Of a DNA stretch of 45,160 nucleotides, positions 7,653 to 16,722 are shown piece by piece (position 1 is the stretch's first letter; every line of letters starts with the position of its first letter). The DNA is from Gemmatimonadota bacterium (lineage in GTDB: Bacteria > Gemmatimonadota > Gemmatimonadetes > Gemmatimonadales > Gemmatimonadaceae): NCBI GenBank assembly GCA_031372565.1, contig JANMLN010000012.1, forward strand, positions 1-45,160, written 5' to 3'. The position numbers and the translations under genes were made by a program. The notes beneath the pieces are model-generated. The model worked only from the letters and a program-made list of their open reading frames with translations, was not told the DNA's origin and did not search any database.

Positions 7653-8810
7653 GTGACTACTCCGAGCGCTCGTCCCATCGATCCTGCCCGCCGCGTCAAG
7701 GTGGGTGTCCTCGGCGCCGGCGCCTGGGCCCGGCTCGCCCACATTCCTGGCTTCAAGCGCGACGACCGCTGCGAGGTGGTCGCGATTGCCGACCCCAACC
7801 GCGCGCTGGCCGAAGCCGCAGCGGCGGAGTTCGGGATTCCCGATGTCTACGACAGCCACGAGCCGTTGCTCGCGCGCGACGACATCGATCTGGTTGACGT
7901 GTGCACGCCGAGCGCGACCCATTTCTCGCTCTCGATGGCGGCACTCGCCGCCAACAAGCACGTGCTATGCGAGAAGCCGGTGGCGTTCGACTTCCGCGAA
8001 ACGCGCCGCGCCGCGATGATCGCGCGCAGCAAGGGACTGCGCACCAAGCTCGGCTTCACCTTCCGCTATGCGCCGGCCATGCGCTACATGAAGCACCTCA
8101 TCGACGAGGGCTTCATCGGCACGCCGTTCATTTTCAACGGCTACGAGCAGAACTCGCAGTGGCTCGACCCGCAGAACCCGCTGCGCCAGGTCGATCCGAC
8201 CGCCGATCAGTCGATCCTGCAGGTCTCGTCGCTCGAGGGGTACGGCGCGCCGATCATCGACATCGGCCACTGGTGCGTCGGCGCGGGCTACGACAAGGTC
8301 GTTGGCACGATGCGCAATTTCATCTCGCATCGCATGGTGCGGCAGACGGGCACGATGATGCGCATGAACATCGATGACGGCGACATCTTCATTGGCGAAT
8401 TCTCCAATGGCGCGCTCGGCTCGGTGCAGACCTCGTTCGTGACGGTCGGCAACTATCCCGGCATCGAGGCGCGGGTGTACGGCTCGAAGGGCGCGCTCAT
8501 CTGCCGCCTCGTGGAAGAAGAGGGCATCTGCGAACGACTCACCGCCGCCTCGGCGGATCAGGTCGAGTTCCGCCCACTGGTTGTGCCGCCTGAGTTCTAC
8601 CCGCCCGGCGGCTCCCCGCGCGAGGCGTGGCGCACCCTCTTCTACGCCAACCTCACGGCCAGTCTGATCAGCGAACTGCGCGACCCCTCCTTGCCCAACG
8701 AGGGCGACTTCGAAGACGGCGCGCGCGTGCAGGAGGTGATCAACGCGGTCGAACTCTCCTTCCGCGAACGGCGCTGGATTGATCTGCCACTTGGCGGGGC
8801 CAAGGCGTGA
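7653..8810 (+). CDS. Gfo/Idh/MocA family oxidoreductase
   Basis: VGVLGAGAWA, DLVDVCTPSATH, HVLCEKPVA, GFTFRYAP, C-terminal GDFEDGARVQEVINAVELS. Start approximate. Confidence 0.9.
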   Translation: MTTPSARPIDPARRVKVGVLGAGAWARLAHIPGFKRDDRCEVVAIADPNRALAEAAAAEFGIPDVYDSHEPLLARDDIDLVDVCTPSATHFSLSMAALAANKHVLCEKPVAFDFRETRRAAMIARSKGLRTKLGFTFRYAPAMRYMKHLIDEGFIGTPFIFNGYEQNSQWLDPQNPLRQVDPTADQSILQVSSLEGYGAPIIDIGHWCVGAGYDKVVGTMRNFISHRMVRQTGTMMRMNIDDGDIFIGEFSNGALGSVQTSFVTVGNYPGIEARVYGSKGALICRLVEEEGICERLTAASADQVEFRPLVVPPEFYPPGGSPREAWRTLFYANLTASLISELRDPSLPNEGDFEDGARVQEVINAVELSFRERRWIDLPLGGAKA

Positions 8811-10516
8811 GCGCACCGCGGCCGGACGCGCCCGGCGATGCGGTATCGACCTTTCTCACCGCGTTCTGGGACCGTCACCCGGTGACGGGCACCTTTGCCG
8901 GGGCGACAGGCAATGACCACGCCTACCCGGACTGGAGCCCCGAGGGGCTCGACGCGAGTGTCCAGGCGCTCAGAGCCGAACGCACGGCGATAGCCCCCGA
9001 GTTGGCCCGCGCCGAACAGTCGCTGGCGCACGCCGCGTGGCCGTCGTGCGCCCCCCTCGTGGACCTGCGGCTCGCCGATGTGACGCTCGAGATCGAGCTC
9101 GCCGAGCGATCCGGCACGCACTTCCACCGCGGCAACCCGGCCTTGGCGATCGGCGAGGCCGTGTTCGGCATCGTGTCGCTGATGCTCCGCCGGGATCTCG
9201 ACATCGAGGGGCGCTGGGCCAGCGTCGCACGCCGCGTGGCCGCGCTCCCGGCCTTCCTGGAGGGTGCCCAGCGCTCGCTTGCCCGGCGCATACCGGCCGC
9301 GTGGCGCGACCGCGCCCTGCGCGAGTGCGAGGGCGGGACGATCCTGCTCCGTGAGGGGCTCCCGCTCTGGTTTGGCGACAGGAGCTCCGACGACGCGCCC
9401 GCCGCGGCCATGGCGGCGGTGCCGGCTGCCGTCGCGGCCATGCACGCGTACGCCGAGTGGCTCCGCAACGACGCGCCGATCGACGCCGACAACCAGGTAG
9501 CCGCGGGCGAGCCGTTGCTGGCGATGCTGGTCAGTCGCGGCCACTGGTTTGCGACGCCGCTGGCCACGTGGCGGGCCGAGCTGTCAACGCGCTTTGTCGA
9601 GGCGCGCGGTCGGCTGGCGGGGATGGCCGGCGCACTCGCGCCCGGCGGCTGGGCCGAGGTCGAGGCGCGGCTGGCGCTCGATGTGCCCGAGCCGGGTGAG
9701 TACCTCGGGGCGCTCGAACAGTGCTGGAACGACTGCAAGGCGACGGCGGAGGCGATGCGGTTCGTCCAATGGCCCGATGCCCCGCTCCGTTTTGCATCCA
9801 CGGCCGAGTGGGCACGCACTGCCGCTCCGTATCTGTACTACCTCCCGTACCGCTGTCCGCCACCGCTGGTGCCGACGGGGGTGCACGTGCACGAGGTGGC
9901 GCCGATCGGGGTCGATGCCGCAGGTCAGGCCAAGGTCAGCCCCGCCATGACGCGCGCTCAGATCAAGCTCAACCACGTGGTGCACCACGCGGCACTCGGC
10001 CACCACGTGCAGAACTGGTATGCAGCGCGATCGGCGTCGCGCATCGGGCGTGTGGCGGCCCAGGATGGCGCGAGCCGGATCGCGATGTTCGTCGGGGGTT
10101 CGCTCGCTGAAGGATGGGCCTGCTACGCCACGGACCTGATGGAGGAAGCCGGCTTCCTGACGCCGATGGAGCGCGTGGCTGAGCAACACACGCGGCTCCG
10201 GCTGCTGGCGCGTGCCATGATGGACATCGACCTGCACACCGGGCAACGTTCGCTGGACGAGGTGGCTCGTTTCTACGCGCTCGACGTTGGCATGGGTGAT
10301 GCGGCGGCTCGCAATGAGGCGGTCAAGAACTCGATGTTTCCGGGAGCGGCCATCATGTACTGGCTCGGGCTCGATGGTCTTCATCGGTTGCGGCTGGAAC
10401 GGGCCAAACGCGACGGCGACGCGTTCGAGCTGCAAGCATTCCATCAGGAGATACTGGCGATGGGCGCGATACCCGTACCGATGATTGTCGAACGGATGCG
10501 GGTGGCGGCGGCGTGA
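8807..10516 (+). CDS. DUF885 family protein (no signal peptide)
   Basis: HPVTGTFAG near the N-terminus, VHHAALGHHVQ, AEGWACYA, DIDLH, PGAAIMYWLG, FELQAFHQEILAMGAIP. Confidence 0.82.
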   Translation: MSAPRPDAPGDAVSTFLTAFWDRHPVTGTFAGATGNDHAYPDWSPEGLDASVQALRAERTAIAPELARAEQSLAHAAWPSCAPLVDLRLADVTLEIELAERSGTHFHRGNPALAIGEAVFGIVSLMLRRDLDIEGRWASVARRVAALPAFLEGAQRSLARRIPAAWRDRALRECEGGTILLREGLPLWFGDRSSDDAPAAAMAAVPAAVAAMHAYAEWLRNDAPIDADNQVAAGEPLLAMLVSRGHWFATPLATWRAELSTRFVEARGRLAGMAGALAPGGWAEVEARLALDVPEPGEYLGALEQCWNDCKATAEAMRFVQWPDAPLRFASTAEWARTAAPYLYYLPYRCPPPLVPTGVHVHEVAPIGVDAAGQAKVSPAMTRAQIKLNHVVHHAALGHHVQNWYAARSASRIGRVAAQDGASRIAMFVGGSLAEGWACYATDLMEEAGFLTPMERVAEQHTRLRLLARAMMDIDLHTGQRSLDEVARFYALDVGMGDAAARNEAVKNSMFPGAAIMYWLGLDGLHRLRLERAKRDGDAFELQAFHQEILAMGAIPVPMIVERMRVAAA

Positions 10517-12138
10517 GGGGGCGTGTCGTGGAACGTGCGGCGCGGCTCGCGAGGACGGTCGCTTGCGTGATGCTGGCGATGCTCTTCATCTCGTGCGGCG
10601 AGACCGCCACGTCGGGGCCGAGCAACGAGCTGCTGATCGTCGGCTATGATCGCGAGCCTGACACGATGAACCGGTTCTCGACGCACATTCTGGAGGATAT
10701 CCAGAGCTGCATCATCGAGGGGCTCACGGTCACCGACGAGAAGATGCAGGTGCAGCCGTTGCTCGCACGCGAGGTGCCGACGATCGCCAATGGCAGCGTC
10801 GTGCTCCGTCCCGACGGCCGCATGGACGTGACCTGGAAGCTCCGCGAGGGTGTGCGGTGGCACGATGGCACGCCGTTTACCTCGGCGGACGTCAAGTTCA
10901 CGGTGGATGCGATCAATGGACCGGCGTGGAATCCGGAGAGCACCGACGGCTTCGACCGGATCGCGTCGGTCGATACGCCCGACCCGTTGACCGCGGTGGT
11001 CCACTACAAGGAGCGGTACGCGGCGTACGCGCTGCAGTTCGTGCGCGGGGCGCTGCCCAAGCATCTGCTCGAGGGCAAGGATATCGAGCGGGCGACGGAG
11101 TACAACCGGAAGCCACTCGGCACGGGGCCGTACCAGTTGAAGGAATGGAAGACGGGCGAATACGTGCTGCTGGAGCGCGCGCCGCACTACTGGCGTGGCG
11201 ATTCGCTCCCGAAGATCAAGCGCATCATGTTCCGCTTCGTGCCGAACACGACGACGCGCGTGAACCAGCTGCTCGCGGGCGAAGTGCATGTGGTCGCCCT
11301 CCTGCCCTGGGATCGCGCGCGCGACCTGGCGCAGGCCAAGGGCACCGTGATTGCCAAGACCACGGGCAATGCCTACGAGCACGTGACGCTGAACGAGAAG
11401 ACGGTGCCGGCCTTCCGCGACGTGCGCGTGCGGCGCGCCCTGCTGATGGGCATTGATCGAGAGGCCATCACGAAGCAGATCCTCGACGGCTTGGCCCCGG
11501 TCAGCCACGGGCCTGTGCAGCCGGTCTCGTGGGCCTACACGGACTCGATTGCCACGTGGCCGTTCGATCTGGTGCGCGCCAAGGCCCTGCTCGACTCGGC
11601 GGGATGGGTGACAGGCGCCGACGGCATCCGTGCGAAGGACGGCGTGCCGCTGCGCTTCACGCTGATGACGCAGGCGGGCTTCGTCGTGCGGGAGAACGTG
11701 TCACAGGTGTTGCAGCGCCAGTGGCACGACCTCGGGGTCGACGTGAAGATCCAGCTCGTCGATGGCACCGCGATCAGCACCAAGTGGTTCGCGGGCGAGT
11801 TCGACGCCATGCTGCACTGGTGGCAGATGCCGGCCGACCCCGACCTGCTGCTGTTCTTCGCGGCGGATCGCACGCCGCCGGCCGGGCGCAACATCAACTA
11901 CTTCGTCGACAGCACGTTGACGCGCATGCTCGTGGCGGCCGATCGGGAAGTCGATCAGGTCAAGCGGCGCGCGCTGCTCATTCCGGTGCAACAGCGCATC
12001 GCGGACCAGGTGCCCGAGCTGTGGCTGTACAACGTGACGCGCCTGGATGCGGTGCCGGCGTCGCTCAAGGGGTTCAAGGGGAACCCGACCAATACGGGGA
12101 TCTTCTGGAACGTGGCCGACTGGGAGATTCGCCCGTGA
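10513..12138 (+). CDS. Peptide/nickel-family ABC transporter substrate-binding lipoprotein (SBP family 5)
   Basis: Lipobox-like LFISC, KLREGVRWHDGTPFTSADVKFT, PLGTGPY, FRDVRVRRAL. Confidence 0.92.
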   Translation: MRGRVVERAARLARTVACVMLAMLFISCGETATSGPSNELLIVGYDREPDTMNRFSTHILEDIQSCIIEGLTVTDEKMQVQPLLAREVPTIANGSVVLRPDGRMDVTWKLREGVRWHDGTPFTSADVKFTVDAINGPAWNPESTDGFDRIASVDTPDPLTAVVHYKERYAAYALQFVRGALPKHLLEGKDIERATEYNRKPLGTGPYQLKEWKTGEYVLLERAPHYWRGDSLPKIKRIMFRFVPNTTTRVNQLLAGEVHVVALLPWDRARDLAQAKGTVIAKTTGNAYEHVTLNEKTVPAFRDVRVRRALLMGIDREAITKQILDGLAPVSHGPVQPVSWAYTDSIATWPFDLVRAKALLDSAGWVTGADGIRAKDGVPLRFTLMTQAGFVVRENVSQVLQRQWHDLGVDVKIQLVDGTAISTKWFAGEFDAMLHWWQMPADPDLLLFFAADRTPPAGRNINYFVDSTLTRMLVAADREVDQVKRRALLIPVQQRIADQVPELWLYNVTRLDAVPASLKGFKGNPTNTGIFWNVADWEIRP

Positions 12139-12151
12139 TGCGCGACGTCGC

Positions 12152-13102
12152 GTGAGCGCCGGCGCCTTGGCCGCTCGCCGCGTGCTGCAGGCGATACCGC
12201 TGCTGCTCGTGGTGTCGATCGTCGGCTTCACGCTGCTGCATCTCGTGCCGGGCGGCCCGCTCGACGTGTACCTCGGCAGCCCGAACGTGCGGCCCGAGGA
12301 CATCGCGCGACTCCGCCGCGCGTACGGACTCGACCAGTCGCTTCCGGTGCAGTACGGGGCATGGCTCGTGGGCTTCGTGCGGGGGGACTGGGGCTACAGC
12401 TACACCGACGGGCGACCGGTGCTGACACGGCTGCTCGAGCGCGTCCCCGCCACGTTGGAGTTGATGGTCAGCGCGCTCTCGATTGCGCTGGTCGTGGCCA
12501 TGGTCGTCTCGCTCTGGCGCGCAACGCGCCCGCGTGGCGCAGGTGCCGTGGAGGCGCTGTCGGTGGCGGGCATTTCACTCCCCGTGTTCTGGCTGGGGCT
12601 CGTGGCACAGTTGGTGTTCGCGGTGGCACTGCGCTGGCTGCCGAGTTCGGGGCGCGTCACGTACGACGGCGCCGGACTCGCCGACCGGCTGCGTCACTTG
12701 GTGCTCCCTGCCCTCGTGCTGGCCACCGTGCACGTGGCGGCGTGGACCCGCTACCTCGGCGCGTCGCTCGATGGCGTGCTGTCGGCGCCGTGGATGCGTG
12801 CGGCGCGGAGCCGGGGGGTGCCGCGATCCCTGCTGATGGCGCGGCATGCGCTCCGCCCAGCGCTGCTCCCCTTCGTGACGGTGGTGTTGCTCGATGCCGC
12901 GCTGCTGGTGTCCGGGGCGGTGGTCACCGAGAGTGTGTTCGCCTGGCCGGGTCTCGGCGGATTGTTCGCCGAAGCGCTGGCTCGGCGGGACTACGCCCTG
13001 CTGATGGCGTTTCTGATGCTGACGTCCACGGCGATCGTGTCGCTCAACCTGATGGCTGATGTGGCGTACCGGTGGATCGACCCGCGGTTGCGCGCCACAT
13101 GA
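12152..13102 (+). CDS. ABC transporter permease (DppB/OppB-like)
   Basis: YGLDQSLPVQY, GDWGYS, ISLPVFWLG, VVTESVFAWPGLG, DVAYRWIDPRLR. GTG start at 12152. Confidence 0.92.
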   Translation: MSAGALAARRVLQAIPLLLVVSIVGFTLLHLVPGGPLDVYLGSPNVRPEDIARLRRAYGLDQSLPVQYGAWLVGFVRGDWGYSYTDGRPVLTRLLERVPATLELMVSALSIALVVAMVVSLWRATRPRGAGAVEALSVAGISLPVFWLGLVAQLVFAVALRWLPSSGRVTYDGAGLADRLRHLVLPALVLATVHVAAWTRYLGASLDGVLSAPWMRAARSRGVPRSLLMARHALRPALLPFVTVVLLDAALLVSGAVVTESVFAWPGLGGLFAEALARRDYALLMAFLMLTSTAIVSLNLMADVAYRWIDPRLRAT

Positions 13103-13926
13103 CCGCGATCGCCGCGCGCCCTCCCGCGTCGCCCGCGCGCACGGCACTGCTGCTGGCGGCGGGCATTGCCGCGGTGGCGCTGTTGCTGCCGGTGCTCGCA
13201 CCGCACGCACCCAACGCCATTGATCTGGCCGCGCGGCGCGTGGGCCCCTCGGCGGCGCACTGGTTCGGCACCGATGATCTGGGGCGCGATGTGTTGAGTC
13301 GCGTGTTGCACGGCGCGCGGTTGTCACTGTTTGTCGGGCTCGCGTCGGCCGTCGTGACGCTCGTGCTTGGCGTCGGGGTCGGGGTCGCATCGGGCTGGCG
13401 CGGCGGTTGGCTCGACACGCTGCTCATGCGCGCGACCGACGCGTTGCTCTCGATGCCTCGATTGCCGCTGCTGATGGTGGCGGCTGCGATCCTCGAGCCC
13501 GGCGCCGTTGCGCTCGCCGTGCTGGTGGGCGGAACCGGTTGGATGGAGACGGCGCGCGTGGTGCGCGCCGATGTGCTCGCGCTCCGGGAGCGGGCGTTCA
13601 TCGACGCGGTGCGCGCGAGCGGCGCCGCCGAATGGCGCATCCTCGTGCGGCATCTGGTGCCGAACGCGGCGCCCACCATTGCTGTTGCGGCCACGCTCGC
13701 GGTCGGGCGTGGCATTCTGCTCGAGTCTGCGCTCAGCTTCTTTGGCGTGGGCGTCCGCCCCCCGGCGCCAAGCTGGGGGAACATGCTGTATCAGGCGCAA
13801 CAGAGCATGACCACCGCCCCGTGGGTGGCGCTGACGCCCGGCGCCTGCATCTTTGCCACGGTCTTCGTCATCAACGCCCTGGGGGTGCGACTCGCACGCT
13901 CGGGCCCGGAGGTTCGCCCCGCATGA
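13099..13926 (+). CDS. ABC transporter permease (DppC/OppC-like)
   Basis: HWFGTDDLGRDVLSR, RHLVPN, ESALSFFGVG, PSWGNML. ATGA overlap with the previous gene. Confidence 0.92.
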   Translation: MTAIAARPPASPARTALLLAAGIAAVALLLPVLAPHAPNAIDLAARRVGPSAAHWFGTDDLGRDVLSRVLHGARLSLFVGLASAVVTLVLGVGVGVASGWRGGWLDTLLMRATDALLSMPRLPLLMVAAAILEPGAVALAVLVGGTGWMETARVVRADVLALRERAFIDAVRASGAAEWRILVRHLVPNAAPTIAVAATLAVGRGILLESALSFFGVGVRPPAPSWGNMLYQAQQSMTTAPWVALTPGACIFATVFVINALGVRLARSGPEVRPA

Positions 13927-15686
13927 TCGCTCGCTCCGTGCGTTCCATCGCTGCGACGTGTGTCGCGGCTGCGCTTGTCCTGTGTCCCGACAGCACCATC
14001 GTGCATGCGCAGGGTCCGGCGCCCGTCACCTTCGCCAAGGCCGTGGACAACTGGCTTGATGCCTTTGCGCGTCGGCATCCGGCGATCGCCGCCGGTAACG
14101 GGCTCCACGCGTATGACGACCGGATGGAGGACTTCTCCGCCGGGGCGATGGCCCGTGAGGTGACCGCGCTCAAGCGCGAACGGAAGTCGATTGCGGCGTT
14201 CTCCGCGGCGTCGCTCTCGGCGGATGAGCGCGTGGATCAGCGCATCCTCGTGGGGATCATCGACGGGTGGTTGCTGGATGCCGAGACGATCCAGAGCTGG
14301 AAGAAGAATCCGATGGTGTACGGTGATGCGCTGTTCAGCGGCGTGCACAACCTGATGACGATGGAGTCGGCACCGCTCGACGTCCGGGCGCGTCGGCTGA
14401 TCGGCAAGCTGCGCGGGCTCGAGGCATTGCTGGCCGCCCTCAAGGTCAACGTGGTGCATCCGCCCAAGGTGTACGCCGAGCGGGGGCAGCGCATGTTGTC
14501 GGGCGCACGCGAGGCGCTGAGCAGTGATGTGGCGCTCGCTTTCGCGCCGTTGCCCAAGGGAGCGCTCCGGGATTCGCTCTCGGCGGCCACGAGTGCCTCG
14601 GTCAAGTTGCTCGACGACGCGCTGGCGTGGTACGCCAGGGACCTGCTGCCCACGGCGGACGGCGCCTACGCGATCGGTCAACGCAACCTGGAAGCGCGCT
14701 ATCGCGCCGAGGAGTTGATCGATCTTCCGGCACCTGCGCTGCTCAAGATCGGCGAGCGCGAACTCAAGAGGGCGCAGCAGCAGTTCACCGAAGCGGCCGC
14801 GCGCATCGATCCCAAGCGTGCCGCGATCGATGTCTGGCATGACATCGAGCGCGATCACCCGGCGCCCGGACAGGTGGTCGCGGCGGCCAAGGCAGCGGTC
14901 GATACGCTGACCGCGTTCGTGCTGGCCAAGGGACTCGCCGACATTCCGACCGCCGAGCGTCCGATCGTGTCGGCGGCGCCGCCGTTCGACTTGGGGCTCG
15001 CGTCGAGTCATGCATCACCTCCCCTCGAGCAGACGCCGGTGACGAGCTACTACTACGTGACCGATGCGCGCGCGGACTGGCCGAAGGAGCGGCAGGAGGC
15101 GTGGCTCCGCAAGTTCAACCGGAGCACCCTCACGATCATCTCGGCGCACGAAGTGATGCCGGGCCACTGGCTGCACGCGATGCACATGCGGCAGACACCG
15201 GGCAAGGTGCGACGCATCTGGATCGGTCTCAATCCGTTTCCGCAACCGTCATCGGGCCAGGACGGGTGGGCCCATTACGCGGAACAGCTGGTGGTCGATC
15301 AGGGGCTCGGCAACAACGATCCCAAGTTGCGACTTGGCCAGTTGAGCGAAGCGCTCACGCGGATCTGCCGGCTGATCAGCAGTGCGAAGCTGCATCTCGG
15401 ATTGCACACGGTGGATCAGGCGGCGGCCTTCTTCGAGAAGGAAGCGCACCTCCCCGCCCCGGCTGCACGCAACGAAGCGGAGCGCGGCACGTATGACCCG
15501 ACCAACGGCGGCTACTTCCTGGGGAAGCTCGCGGCGCTGGCGCTGCGCCGCGACATGATGGCCAAGGAGGGGGCGTCGTTCGATCTGAAGGCGTTCCACG
15601 CGCGGTTGATGCGGAACGGAATCGCGCCGTGGTGGGCGCACCGGCAACTGTTGTTGCCGGGGGATCGGCGGGCGGTGATTGACTGA
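13923..15686 (+). CDS. Secreted DUF885 family protein
   Basis: Signal peptide MIARSVRSIAATCVAAALVL..VHA, AHEVMPGHWLH, DGWAHYAE, YFLGK, FDLKAFHARLMRNG. ATGA overlap. Confidence 0.85.
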   Translation: MIARSVRSIAATCVAAALVLCPDSTIVHAQGPAPVTFAKAVDNWLDAFARRHPAIAAGNGLHAYDDRMEDFSAGAMAREVTALKRERKSIAAFSAASLSADERVDQRILVGIIDGWLLDAETIQSWKKNPMVYGDALFSGVHNLMTMESAPLDVRARRLIGKLRGLEALLAALKVNVVHPPKVYAERGQRMLSGAREALSSDVALAFAPLPKGALRDSLSAATSASVKLLDDALAWYARDLLPTADGAYAIGQRNLEARYRAEELIDLPAPALLKIGERELKRAQQQFTEAAARIDPKRAAIDVWHDIERDHPAPGQVVAAAKAAVDTLTAFVLAKGLADIPTAERPIVSAAPPFDLGLASSHASPPLEQTPVTSYYYVTDARADWPKERQEAWLRKFNRSTLTIISAHEVMPGHWLHAMHMRQTPGKVRRIWIGLNPFPQPSSGQDGWAHYAEQLVVDQGLGNNDPKLRLGQLSEALTRICRLISSAKLHLGLHTVDQAAAFFEKEAHLPAPAARNEAERGTYDPTNGGYFLGKLAALALRRDMMAKEGASFDLKAFHARLMRNGIAPWWAHRQLLLPGDRRAVID

Positions 15687-15692
15687 GGGGGA

Positions 15693-16628
15693 TCAGTACC
15701 CGAGCGCCTGATCCACCACCCAGCGCGGCCGCTCACCACGCTCGATCGTCGCCATGCACTCGAGAAAGCCCGCCGCCGCCCCCTCGAGCGTCGTCAGCCC
15801 CGCGATGTGCGGCGTGAGGTACACGTCCGGTCGCCCCCACAGCGGTGACTCGGCCGGCAGCGGCTCGACCGCGAACACATCGAGCGCGGCCGCGCGCAGC
15901 TGTCCCGCGTCGAGCGCATCGGGAATGGCGGCTTCATCGGCCAGTGCGCCGCGCCCCACGTTCATCAGCACCGCCCCCCGGCAGCGCGCCAGCCGCTCGC
16001 GCGACATCAGCCCCCGCGTCTCATGGGTGAGCGGCGTTGTCAGCACGATCCACTGCGCGTCGGGGAGCGCAGCATCGAGCTGACCGAGCGGCAGCACGGC
16101 GTCGAAGCCCGACACCGCTGCACCGCTCCGCGACACGCCGGTCACCGTGCAGCCGAGCCCGGCAAAGGCACGCCCCACAGCGCCGCCGACATGGCCCGTG
16201 CCGATGACCAGCACGCGCGCCCCCGCCAGCCGCTCCGGATGATCCGGGCTCCATCGGCGCGCCTGTTGCGCCTGCTCCATCGCGCGGAACCCCTGCGTGA
16301 TGCCCAGCGCCCGGGCCACGCACCACTCGGCGATATCGGGACCGAAGTCCTCGGAACTGCGCGTCAGCAGGATGCCCGGGGCGATCGGCGGCATGATGTA
16401 CGCGTCGACGCCGGCGCCCACCGAGTGCACCCACCGCACGTTGCCAAATGAGGCCGGCTTGGGGCGGCGGAACCCCACAAACGCGTCGGCCCAGGCCAGG
16501 TCGGCGTCGTCGATCAGGTCGAGATCCTTCGCCCGGATGTCCAGGTCGGGGCGCGCAGCGCGCAGGCGCTCATCGAGCCCCGTCATGCGCTTGTGCCCAA
16601 TGAGAATGCGGCGCGGCGGTGTGATCAC
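15693..16628 (-). CDS. D-2-hydroxyacid dehydrogenase (GhrA/Ddh-like)
   Basis: WVHSVGAGVD, VIGTGHVG, MNVGRG, LDVFAVEPLP, TPHIAG. GTG start at 16628 (alternative ATG further downstream). Confidence 0.88.
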   Translation of the reverse strand: MITPPRRILIGHKRMTGLDERLRAARPDLDIRAKDLDLIDDADLAWADAFVGFRRPKPASFGNVRWVHSVGAGVDAYIMPPIAPGILLTRSSEDFGPDIAEWCVARALGITQGFRAMEQAQQARRWSPDHPERLAGARVLVIGTGHVGGAVGRAFAGLGCTVTGVSRSGAAVSGFDAVLPLGQLDAALPDAQWIVLTTPLTHETRGLMSRERLARCRGAVLMNVGRGALADEAAIPDALDAGQLRAAALDVFAVEPLPAESPLWGRPDVYLTPHIAGLTTLEGAAAGFLECMATIERGERPRWVVDQALGY

Positions 16629-16722
16629 GGGGCGAAGTGTAGCAGGTGGCACACGGTCCGGCGCAAGCGTTGAAAGTGAGAGTGCGTTCGGCCAACTTTG
16701 ACGCTTCCCCCTGCCCCGGATC

